From Haliotis rufescens (Eukaryota): a stretch of DNA of 64,000 bases. This document shows positions 40,101 through 51,300 of this stretch, piece after piece. Location of the stretch: positions 2,604,001-2,668,000 of the forward strand of contig NW_025964212.1 of NCBI RefSeq assembly GCF_023055435.1, read 5' to 3'. The notes under the pieces are model-generated. The model searched no databases. It was not told the origin of the DNA and worked only from the letters and a program-made list of their open reading frames with translations. Position 1 is the first letter of the stretch. Every line of letters starts with the position of its first letter. A program made the translations under genes and the position numbers.

Positions 40101-43100
40101 TGAGACAGGCAGAGAGACAGAGTGAGACAGGCAGAGAGACAGAGTGAGACAGGCAGAGAGACAGAGTGAGACAGGCAGAGAGACAGAGTGAAACACGTGA
40201 TGAGACAGACATGTAGTGAGGCAGAGAGAGGACATGTAAGAGACATACTTGACATCAGACAGGGGGGCGACCATGGACCTGAGACAGAAACGGGAATAAC
40301 TACAATAATGATCACATGTAAGATCTTCACATCACTGTAACTGGTACAACATACATAACTTGAGTACTTATTGATGAAATCAATATCTTCAGTACAAAAA
40401 CAATTGACAAGAACTACAAGTAACCCGGCTGTGAAACTGAAAACTGAAACTGAGATGTAGCTGCTGACTTTACTACTTACATGGACGAAGTGATGAACAC
40501 CAGGTGTTTTGGCAGTGTTGGCCGAGCTGCCAGGCTGGTGCTTGCTCTCCGAAACTACAAACAGAACATCACATACTGAAAAACGTGAAATTAATGCGTC
40601 TCCAAAAGAATGCGAACGCTGGCCCCTAGCCAAAAATGCGACTCAATATGAATGCGACACCCCCTCCTCTCAAGTTTCAGTGGATTTATATCTAAACAAA
40701 ATGTCCTATGTCAGGTTTACAGGAGAATCCTCACCTTAATCCAACCTTATATTAATCCAATCACACACCAAATAGCACCGCTTATTAGCGCTGAGTAGAG
40801 TACTTCGCTAAAACAATACATGCGTGCTGGCTCATGTCAGCCTTTGACGTAGTCGCAAAGAACAAAGACACTGTGTTGGGTGGGTGGCGTCTGTCTTGAC
40901 TTGCAGGTGTGATCAGTGATGACAAATATGAGTGACAATTCACAGGATGTAAATAGTGTTTGAATGACATTCTTTATATACTTGTTACAAGTGCTGCTCA
41001 ATAAACAGTGATGTGGAAAACATAGTTGTTTGTTTTCAGCGTATGTCTAAGTTGGTATTTCTGCTATCCAAAATGTCTTATTGTTGATATAAATGTGATG
41101 TTTAATAATGCAAGCAAAGACCACTCGCATTTTTCGCATTTAATTCACGCTCGCGTTAATTTCAAGATTTACAGTATTTACGTCTAGGAAAAGAAAAGAC
41201 TGTCCTCAAACAAAATGTTACCTCCAATTGCATACTGACTTCCAACTAAACAAGAGTTAGGCTGTTCCGCTGAATCCCAACATGTAAGAGTGAGTGAGTA
41301 TGGTTTTACGCCGCTTTTAGCAACATTTCAGCAGTTAGGCTGTTCCGCTGAATCCCAACATGTAAGAGTCAGTGAGTATGGTTTTACGCCGCTTTTAGCA
41401 ATATTTCAGCAGTTAGGCTGTTCCACTGAATCCCAACATGTAAGAGTGAGTGAGTATGGTTTTACGCCGCTTTTAGCAATATTCCATCAATATCACGGCG
41501 GAGGACACCAGAAATGGGCTTCACACATTGTACCCATGTCGGGAATCGAACCCGGGTCTTTGGCGTCACGAGCGAACGCTTTAACGACAAGGCTACCCGA
41601 CCACCCCCCAACATGTAAGAAGTATCCCCATAATCATAATGCTAATATCTGACATCCTGGGACAGGCTTAGAGGAGAAATTAGGAGACATAAATGTCACA
41701 ACTGTTTGACAAAGATCTAACTGGTGGTAATTGTTTATAGGGGTTCTTGGCGCAGGAAAACTGGCAGCCCCAGCAAGTGTGATACAAGTGCTTCAAACAA
41801 CACTTTGTTGGTCTGATAACTTTGCGATGTATATCAATCTAACAGTTAAAGTTTATCCTCATTACGAAGAGACAATGTCCAAATTTAAATCCTAAAACAA
41901 CTTCAATGTCTAGAGATGGGCAACAAACTGCGCGAGAGAGTCCCCCTTTAAGTCTGTTGTTGAATGCTGAAGCTCCTGGGTGATACCTACTCTTGAGTTT
42001 GTCGTTGAGATGTTCCAGAGACTCCAGCAGCTTCTGTTCCTCCATGGACAGCGCCGATGGACCTGTCCGAGATAAGACCATACCTACAGTCCTGCACTTC
42101 TTAGGGCATTTTTACTACAGTGATCGCCGAAAACAATATTGCGATTGAATTACTACCGGCCTGAACTAATTAAGAGTCTTAGTTCTCAAGCACTGCCTGC
42201 ATCATCATTAAGTTTGCCGCACGTTTTGTTTTTATTTCCATTTTATATATTTTTCTAAAATCTGAATACTTAAAAACAATACAATCAAATATAGCACGCA
42301 GTTACTTCCCTTTACAAGCGCACTGCTTTACTGCACATCTCGTGTTATAGTCATTGTGGCAATAGGAGTTTGTATGCTTGTTTATGTAGCGAGGCCCTTT
42401 CCCGGGTTGATGGTTCACAAACTTTTTCTTGCTTACATACTAGTTTGAACAAGCGAAAAAATAACCACCGCCCGCCCACACTTTATTTTCAAAAAACATT
42501 GCCTGAGAACCAATTCTTATATTTTTTTAAAGCCATATAGATATAACCTTCACAATGAAAGCATAGCTCATAAACTGGCACTGTATAGTCATGATAGTTA
42601 AAATGAATAACCATTATTGGTATATAACTAACATGAACACAATAAACATGATCCGATATTTGCGTTACCTGCCACCCCTCGTGACGCAGCTGCGCGGATC
42701 TCCTGCTGCCGTCTCTTTGCCTCCTCGAGTGCCAGCTGCACCTGGCTGTCGGACATACTCTTCCCTGCGAAGTGCTCCGCTGCCAGGAATGTTGCCATAC
42801 TCTCAGTCACTGGAGCGAGATCATACAACAATGACGCCATAGTCTGCCAGGATATCAGTGAATGTGGACTGTGTCCTTATGTGTGATCCATACATCAACA
42901 TGTACAACAGGGCCCCGTTCCACAAAGCGATCGTAGCGCTAAGACTTTAGCCTATGTTAAAGTACGGGAGTTATGATCATCTTAGCACTAAGATCGCTTT
43001 GTGCAAGTGGGCCCAGGCCATTTGCTGTGTATCTGCTATATATTATAAGTTATGGTGTCTTTCGTTGCCGTATACGGTGTCATATTAGGTTAGCAAAAAA

Positions 43101-45665
43101 ATATTATTCTGCTGACCTAATATGACACCGTATACAGCAACTAAAGACACCATAACGAATTTATTATGCCGAAAGGGTACACTCTCTGGTATCAATATCG
43201 CACATGTCATGTCAAAATGAAAATTACACGTCTACAACCGTACGTTGACGTTAAGAGTCACTACTCTTCAAAACTTAGAGGCTTAACCTTGTTGACAATT
43301 TTAACTTTAATCTTTATCAATAAAGTCAAGAATGTGATCTAAAAAACAGATAAATGTCCTTGCACATCACAATTAATGATATTAAAACACAAAACAGTGT
43401 CAAATAACGAATTTCGGTACCAGAATTTTCACGTGAAATTGGTCAGGTGGCTGTTGGAATCCAAGATGGCTAGTACTGACGGTATATGGTCTCATATTAG
43501 GTCAGTATCAACCATCTTGGATTTTTACTGACGGTATACAGGCTGATATAGGGTCAGTAGTTCTGCTCTCTGATTGGTCGATCTTACTTTGAGGCATAAT
43601 AAATGCTTATAACGAACGGTTAAAACAAACCAAAATTAGTGGTCCCTTTGAGTTTGTTATGACCGTAGTTTACTGTACTGTACTCTTTCATATTATTATC
43701 AGTCATGGTGTGACAGCTCACCTATAGCAACTTGAAGGAATCGGTAGGTCCTCAACACAGGGATGGAAAGTAACAAATAACAAATGTCCGCAATGTTTCT
43801 TGCCCTATACTTAACTTACCATTAGGCTGCACACTGTCACTCTCCTGGGGCTCCAACTGGCTGAATGTTGGAGGCTGCGTGATCCTCTTTGCCGAGCTGG
43901 TCTGATGTTTCCGCTGCTGCAGCAGGCCAAACTTGCGCATGTAGCCTCCAGTGCCAGCACTAGCTGGCTTCTGCCTGCTGGCCATGTTGTTGATGGCCCT
44001 GTGCTGCACGGTGTTACTGAACAGGACAGTGTTCACCCGCGTGTTGCCGGTCAAACCGAGTGATTGGCCATCTATGTACTTGTTGGAGACTGTTGCTGCC
44101 TGGCGACTCTGGGTAGGATCAGCTGCGACAAGACTGGCCGTGGTCTTCTTCTCTGACGGTGTTGGTTCACGGTTGAGGCATGTCCTCACCTTCTCCCACA
44201 GCCAGTTGATTTCATCGTCAGTGGGAGTTCGATCAATGCGGAGACCGTTCTCATTGTACACTGGCTGATTTTTGTTGAAGGCGTCAGTTGCGGAGTCTGG
44301 AGGGAGGTGGCTGTTGATGGGAGCGGCCACGTACTTAGTCTGGTAGGCAGCAGCTACGCTATCAGCCTTCTGCAGAACGCTTGACACGTCTCCTGTCAGG
44401 TCGGTGTAGGCTTCGTTAGCTGTGTAGATGACACCCTGGGAGGAAGCTGATGCGGCTTGTTTCGGTATCGCCACGGGGACTTTGCCCATGAAGTTGTTGG
44501 TAGTTACTGTAACCTTCTTGTCTTGGTGGCCACTGAGGTAGTCATTTCCTTCTATTGAGTGAGCAATGATGTGTGCGGCGGCTCGGGGCCGGTCCTGGGC
44601 ATGTTGTGGCTGGCCAGGTCGGAGAGTGCCGGCACTGGCTGCCCGTGTCAGCCGGTTAACCCTGTTGGATCCCGACACCTTGGCTGAGACAGGGCGCTGT
44701 CGCTGTGCAGCCTTGGAGGCTCCTAAGATAATGGATCATTTTCAACATTAATGCTAGATTTGGCTGAGACAGGGCGCTGACGCTGTGCAGATTTGTAGGC
44801 TCCTAAGATAATGGATCATTTTCAAGATTAATGCATAGATTTGGCTGAGACAGGGCGCTGTCACTGTGCAGCCTTGGTGGCTCCTAACATAACGGGGAGA
44901 CCCGTGAAGATTCCGGGGTAGAATAGGTCTTCAGCAACCCATGCTTGCCGTAAAAGGTGACTAACGGGATCGTGTGGTCAGGCTCACTGACTTGGTTGAT
45001 GCATGTCATCGATCCCAATTGTGTGGATCGATGGTCATGATATTTATCTCTGGATTGTCTGGTTCAGACTCGATTATTTACAGACCGCCGTCATATAGCT
45101 GGAATATTGGTGAGTGCGGCGTTAAACAACAAACCAACCAAACCAACCAACCTAAGATAACGGATCATTTTCAGCATTAATGTATAGATTTGTTTGGTTT
45201 TAATGAATGGACTCATTATGGCAATGCATTGCCAGTGACAGTGGCGTGTAAATAATCAAATCTCCACCATACAAGGACAGGTTGCGAGGACCTGGAATCC
45301 TCACTGGGTCACAGAAGTGTAACACAAACAATATACTTTTTGTAACTTTCTTTCGGGCAAGTGTGTCATGGTAGAGTGTCGGAGGAGGACCCAACAATAA
45401 TGCATCTAACATAAAAACATATTTACAATTATTTTCTATCAACCCTACCTGACATTATTAAGTACAGTTGTTGAGAATTACATCCTGAGCATGCTGAGAT
45501 AACATTCTGTTACTGTCGGAACTTACCTTGTCCGATGTTTCTACCAGTCAGGCTGACCTTCTTGACAGGTGTAGCACTGTCGGTGTTGCTGTCAACACTG
45601 TCATTGTCCTCGGGGATATCTTCATCATACTGCAAGTCAGCAAACCTGACACTCTTCTTTCCTGA
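34087..45665 (-). CDS. CEP126: Centrosomal protein of 126 kDa (CEP126/KIAA1377)-like, 3' part; 6 coding exons in window
   Basis: Phase-consistent GT-AG exons. Motifs recalled from the CEP126 family: RTPTDDEINWLWEKVRTCL, VTESMATFLAAE, SALSMEEQKLLESLEHLNDKLK. Confidence 0.78.
34281..34776. mobile_element. Tc1/pogo-like MITE
   Basis: ta|cagtaggacatggatataacgaac ... gttcgctatatccgtgttctactg|ta. Confidence 0.8.
34876..35303. mobile_element. MITE, same TIR family as 595-1064
   Basis: TIRs; ttgtggg duplication. Confidence 0.75.
35337..35754. mobile_element. hAT-like MITE (tagggctgggac TIRs)
   Basis: 12-bp TIRs with acccg-rich subterminal repeats; no clear TSD. Confidence 0.55.
36255..37387 (+). 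repeat. ~60-bp C-rich minisatellite, resuming at 39377-39780
   Basis: Tandem units. Confidence 0.92.
37388..39376. mobile_element. Non-autonomous DNA transposon (caggccacaaagtt TIRs) inserted in a minisatellite
   Basis: 14-bp TIRs; cccct duplication; the satellite resumes after 39376. Confidence 0.75.
37859..38968. mobile_element. Tc1/mariner-like non-autonomous element nested in 37388-39376
   Basis: ccgtattttcttaagtatagtgcgca vs tgcgcagtatactaaagaaaatacgg. Confidence 0.65.
40047..40210 (+). repeat. 22-bp minisatellite
   Basis: gacaggcagagagacagagtga units. Confidence 0.85.
40481..40554 (-). CDS. CEP126: CEP126-like exon (SESKHQPG...HHFVH)
   Basis: tttgtag| ... |gtaagt; phase 1/0 bridges the flanking exons. 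Confidence 0.65.
41449..41608 (-). mobile_element. SINE family A, reverse strand
   Basis: Reverse complement of consensus; TSD ccaacatgtaaga. Confidence 0.85.
41991..42062 (-). CDS. CEP126: CEP126-like exon (PSALSMEEQKLLESLEHLNDKLK)
   Basis: ggacag| ... |gtaggt. Confidence 0.85.
42669..42809 (-). CDS. CEP126: CEP126-like exon (VTESMATFLAAEHF...)
   Basis: ctccag| ... |gtaacg; phase 1/1. Confidence 0.8.
42911..43013. mobile_element. Small Harbinger-like MITE (related copy ~341-440)
   Basis: ggccc...gggcc ends, cag duplication, palindromic body. Confidence 0.6.
43820..44722 (-). CDS. CEP126: CEP126-like large exon (...RTPTDDEINWLWEKVR...)
   Basis: atcttag| ... |gtaagt; 903 nt, open frame. 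Confidence 0.82.
44899..45150 (+). mobile_element. SINE family B
   Basis: Matches 2756-3030. Confidence 0.8.
45527..45665 (-). CDS. CEP126: CEP126-like exon (SGKKSVRFADLQY...)
   Basis: gttgcag| ... |gtaagt; phase 0/1. Confidence 0.75.
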
Positions 45666-45999
45666 CTGCAACAGTCATAACAGTCGTCACAATACTATTT
45701 CCTTCTGCTGGGCTCATGGCACTAGTGGGGTCACTAGTCGGCCCAAGGACTTTCAAATTGAACACGTTGAAAGTACTAAGACACACCATAGAAGACATTT
45801 CCAAGGCAGGTGATGTTACTTATAAAGATTATACCATGAACAACAGAGGTAGAAACTAACATTTTTACTCCACTAGTCCTAATAATGAAAACATATAGCA
45901 AAACCCTGAAAAATGGCAAATTTTCTACTAGTCCTTATGATACCTAACTATTGGGCAGTTTGGCACATCAAGCAAGGGAGTTAACTGACTTTAAAAGTC

Positions 46000-46461
46000 A
46001 AGTTTCCATCCTTGCCGAACTAGGCTGGAATCCCTGGGCTCGATAGTAGCGCCACCATTGGTTATTACGAGTCATGTCCCTTCTGAGCCTCTGCTATGGA
46101 CCAATCAGATTCCACCTCTCGTATCACTTGCATTTGTATCAAACAAAATGGCGGCGCCCAGTCAAGACGATCTGATCGATAATCAAGTTCTATTGTGTGA
46201 TACAACGGGTCTTACATCGCTAAGTGCATTAAATTCCAGGAGCACCTTGATTAAAAACCTGAAAAGATTTGGAAAATATTTGTTGACAAGTTGGCGATGT
46301 ACATGCTTTGCAAATCCTGCAATCGACCGAAATCTACACAACAGTTTACTGACCGGATTTCGATTTTGTTGCGCGATTTTGATTAGACTATGCATAGACT
46401 CGTTAGTCCAGCCAAAATGTAACTCCATAATACCAGCCTAGTTCGGCAAGGGTGGAAACTT
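46000..46461. mobile_element. MITE-like element with 29-bp inverted repeats
   Basis: aagtttccatccttgccgaactaggctgg (46000-46028) vs ccagcctagttcggcaagggtggaaactt (46433-46461), 1 mismatch. Confidence 0.7.
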
Positions 46462-48362
46462 AGTAAAATCTAAATATTTTTTACATTTGTATACTTATCC
46501 TGCATTACTCCGTATTGCATTTACTGCTATGTTTGACAGAGAGACGAACTGTGTGAGATCCAGCTGCTGAAGAAAGTTGTCCCAACCAGCCCAGGAGGCA
46601 GCGCCCTCTCACAGTCGGCACGTGACCCGGAAGTCATGACGTCACACCAAAAGACATAACTGCTTTAAACATAACATCTGAAACTTCGTGGGGAGGTAGC
46701 GTAGCGAAAGGGAGGGAACTTAGACTTCGTAATGCAGGATAAGTATACAAATGTAAAAAATATTTAGATTTTACTAAATTTTTTAACTTATCCTGCATTA
46801 CTCCGTATTGCATCTTTATCAGACGGCTTGGCCGGTGGGCATACTTGCAGATGTGAACCATATTAAACCCTCGTCAAGGTCCGATGAATCCGCACCGCAT
46901 ACAAGTGATGACCGGAACATCTACGACCATTCCTGTCTTCAGGAAACAAGAGTCGATGCAAAAACGAAACGCCCGAATAGGTAACCGAAATACAATGAGG
47001 CGTGTAGCCAAAATATATAACTTACCGAAGAGCGAAAGCGAAACGCAGTAGAACCTAGAGCTAATCTGAGGTGATAAACACCAGAGAGTTCGACGGGCCC
47101 CGCTCGGGGAATCGAAGAATCAGCGGCGTCGGCGGCAAAATCTACGACCAATCCCAAGATCGAATGCGAAACGCAGGAGAGCCCTCTAGGCTGGAGGCAA
47201 GGAACACCGGTGAGGTCGACGGGCACCGCTCAGGTACCATAGAAGCAGCGGCGTTGGCGTCGGCGCCGGTGTCCACATCTACTACCATTCCTGTCGTCAG
47301 GAAACGAGAGTTGATGCAAAAAGTAAAACCCGGATAGGTGACAGCAATAGAATGAGTCGGGTAACCCAAAACTAAAACTGACCTAAGAGCGAATGCGGAA
47401 CGCAAGAGAGCCGTCTCGTCTGGGGTGATAAACACCAGAAAGGTCGACGGGCCCCGCTCAGGGTATCGGAGAATCAGTGGCGTCGGAGATAGATGACCTG
47501 TTGGGCTACAACCAGGGACCAAAACTTTTACAAACCTGTAGAGGTTATGAATTCTCTGATGAAATCCTCCTTGGGGCACTTATTGCATTTTCCTGGCTCA
47601 AGAAAATCTACATGACATAGTTGTAACCATTTTCCTTAATAAAAATTGTTACCACACAAAAAACTTTGTTTTTGTATGATATACGTCCACCCTTATGGTG
47701 CCTCACCCTCCACGGCGCGTCACGCCAAGGGAAGCAACTCTCACCCAAATCACTTTCCATATGTCTAATGCTGACGGAATGTGGGGAGGCGGGTGGCCGT
47801 GCCCCAAGGAGGATTTCATCAGAGAATTCATAACCTCTACAGGTTTGTAAAATTCTCTTTCAGATTAAATCCTCCTTGGGGCACTTATTGCATCAAGATA
47901 GACTCCTAAAGATAATCTAGGAAGTGGCATCCGTCAGCAACAAGCGTGCATAAAATACATCGTATTTTGATTATTTCAATGAATAAACAAGAGTTCAATA
48001 AATGGAACCAACCTTATCGTGAGGCACCACCGTCGAAAGGCGGGGGCTGGAGACAGGGCGTTATCGACCATACACAATGAAAAGAGCCATTCTTTGTGGC
48101 TCATCATATCGAGAACTCGAGACACACACACCCCCCACCCCACCCACTTTTTTGAACAAGTGATATTGGGGGCACAGATCACGAGAGACTATAAACCCGC
48201 ACAGAGCTAGGCCAGAGGGTCCCCGTAATCGAAGGAGTGCATGTGCAATTACGATGATTATCGACTAGTAATGGCTGGTATTGTATCGACCGTAGAAGAT
48301 AAAATCCGGACCGTTACTGAGCAGTGTTATAACCGGTCCGGGCGGTCTAAAATCTCGAAGGC

Positions 48363-51300
48363 TCAATCGGCTAGAGATGTAGTACTTTGCCCAGTTCGGA
48401 GAACTGACTGACCAAACCGAGCACGCTCGCTTGAGTGTTTGTCGAGTTGGTAATGTTTGATGAACGTGCTCGGCTGGCTCCAAATAGCCGCGGAGCAGAT
48501 CTCCTCAATGGGCAGAGCCGCAGCATACGCTTGTGTCGTAGCCACTGCTCTAACCGAATGAGCCTTCAACTTGGTAGGGGGGTCCCTGCCTTGAAGCGTG
48601 TACGCCGTACATATAGTAGAGACTATCCACCGCGAGATAGTTTGTTTGCTCGCAGGTGAGCCAGCCTTCCTACCGCCATAACAGCAAAATAGTTGATTAT
48701 CCTTACGGATACCCTTAGTTCTGCTGATATAGGACTTAAGGGTCCTGCGGACATCCAATACATGAGCATGTCTTGTAGTGGTCCCCGACGAGGAAGGCTG
48801 TGAAAGAGCAGGTAGCTCAATAGGAGCCGTCACGTGGAAGGCGTGTGCGACCTTAGGACGGTAAGAGTCCGGCAGGCGAATACTGACCCTGTCCCGGTGA
48901 AAGACAGTTAGTTCGGGATCGGCTGACATTGCGTGAATGTCGCCTACCCGTCTGCCGGACGTTACCGCCACAAGGAACGCCGTCTTCCAGCTCAACAGCT
49001 GAAGAGAGAGAGACGACAGATCCCGAAAGGAAGGACCGGACAGCCAATCAAGAACGATTGACAATTCCCAAGGGGGACTGATCCGCCGGACAGGCGGTCG
49101 GATCCTGTCCACACCTGCTAAAAAACGCTGCACTAATGGGTGCGCACCCAAAAGTGCCCCGTCGACGGGGACGTGAAAGGCAGCGATAGCTGTAGAGTAC
49201 CCCCGGACTGTCGATGCGGCCAGGCCGACATCTAGTCGCGACTGGAGGAACTCAAGTACGGCTACGAGATCTGCAGAAAAGGGATCTGCAATCCTTCTAT
49301 CGACACACCAGCGCGCATAGCAGGCCCATCTATCCTCGTACTGAACGTTTGTCGAATCCCTCCGCGAAGCCAGTATTGTGTCTGCAACTCGTGCAGGAAT
49401 ACCGCTCTCCTGGAGGCGATTCCGGACAGTGGCCAAGCCACCCACTGAATCCTGGGATTCGGGTGGAGGGCCTCGTTCTGGGATAGGAGGTCCGGTCGTA
49501 AAGGTAATAGAACAGGAGGCTGAGCCAGAAACCTGAGTATGACTGGAAACCAACTCTGCGCCGACCAAAGGGGTGCCAGGAGCACAAGTAGTCGCGCAGG
49601 CTGAGTGGCTAGCTGAGACAGGACCTTGGAAATCAGAGGTACTGGGGGGAATGCCCACAGTATTCTGTCCGTCCAATCTAGCTGGAAGGCGTCCGGTGCC
49701 ACCGACCTCGGGTCGGGGACTCGGGAGCAGAACGTTGGTGTCTGGTGATTCACCCCAGACGCAAACAGATCCACCTGGAACGACCCGTATAACTGGGAGA
49801 TAATCCCGAATATCCCCGGGTCGAGCCTCCACTCGTGAGGAGCGAGGATCCGGCGAGACAGAGCGTCCGCACGGACGTTGTCTACCCCCGGGAGATAAAC
49901 AGGTAGCACCCTGATAACGTGTGAGTCGCACCATAGGAGGAACTGCCACGTCTCTTGGAGAAGCGACGGAGACACCGTTCCCCCCTGCTTCCGGATGTAA
50001 GTCATCGCCGTTTGGTTGTCCATCTCTAGACGCACCACTTGGCCACGAAGCAGATCCAGGAAGCGTTGGAACACCAACCTGACCGCTCTCAGTTCTAGCA
50101 CATTGATATGCAGTTTGATCTCCTGCTGGGACCATAGTCCCGAGGCAGTGTGATCGTTCAGAACGCCTCCCCAGCCGGAGAGTGACGCGTCTGTTTGAAC
50201 TGTGAGAGACGGCACGGGAGTGTCGAGGGGGAGCCCCCGGGACAGATTCCCGACCTCGGTCCACCACTGAAGGTGTGCATTGAGCCACTGCGGAGTCTCG
50301 AGAACAGTCTCGAGATCTTCCGAGTTCACCCAAAGTCGACGGAGCGCTTGTTGAATGGGTCTCATTCTCAAGCGCGCCCGCCAAACCACATCCACTGTCG
50401 CCGCCATGTTGCCCAGTAACTGGAGCCATGTACGAGCAGTGTGACTGGCGGACAGAAGGAACTGGGAAGTAACACTTCTGACCTTGGTACTGCGATCTTG
50501 TGACAGAGATACAAGTCCGCTCACCGTGTTGAAATTCGCCCCTAGGAAGACTAGATTCTGAGTAGGGCTCAGATCTGACTTCTTGAGATTGACTATCCAC
50601 CCTAGAGTGATCAGAATATCTATCACTTGTTGTGTAGCTATCTGACTCAGGGATTGCGATAGAGCTCTTAGTAACCAGTCGTCGAGGTACGGATGGCAGA
50701 ACCGACCTTTTGACCTGGCCACTTGGGCGGGAATCAACATCAGCTTGGTGAACACCCTCGGGGCCGTAGCGATCCCGAATGGTAGAACCCTGAACTGATA
50801 ACACCTCCCGTCGAAAGAAAACCTGAGGTATTTCTTGAACTCGGGGTGTATGGGTACGTGGAGATAGGCGTCTTTTAGGTCTATTGACGTTAGCCATTCT
50901 CCGGTCTCGACAGCTGAGATCACCGAGCGCAGTGTCTCCATCCTGAAGGACGGTACCTCTATAAGTTTGTTCAGCCTTCTCAGATTGAGAATAGGCCTGA
51001 ACCCTCCGTCTTTTTTGGTGACTAGGAAATATGTCGAGTAGAAGCCCTCGCTTTCCTGTCCCACGGGAACCGGTTCGATCGCAGCCTTCATAAGAAGTGC
51101 GTCGACCTCGGCACGGAGGAATTCCGCCCTCTCCAGGGTAGCAGGCACCGGAGTGTGCTTTATCCCGGAGAAGGGGGGCGGATGATGTTTCCACCGAGGC
51201 AAATGGCCATCCCTTAGAGTGGACAGGGTCCAGGGATTGGATGTGACTGTCTCCCATTCCTGCAGGAATAGAGCCAGTCGGCCGCCTACGGGGACATCCG

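Noticed and set aside
47545-47610. CTGATGA...GAAA in the DIRS terminus as a hammerhead ribozyme
   Set aside because: I could not form stem II or stem III, or place a cleavage triplet, around the core.
48363-51202. Prophage or bacterial integrase/methylase contamination
   Set aside because: YR, RT-RNaseH-MT, ITRs and ICR together are diagnostic of eukaryotic DIRS elements, and the flanks are contiguous with intron-exon DNA.
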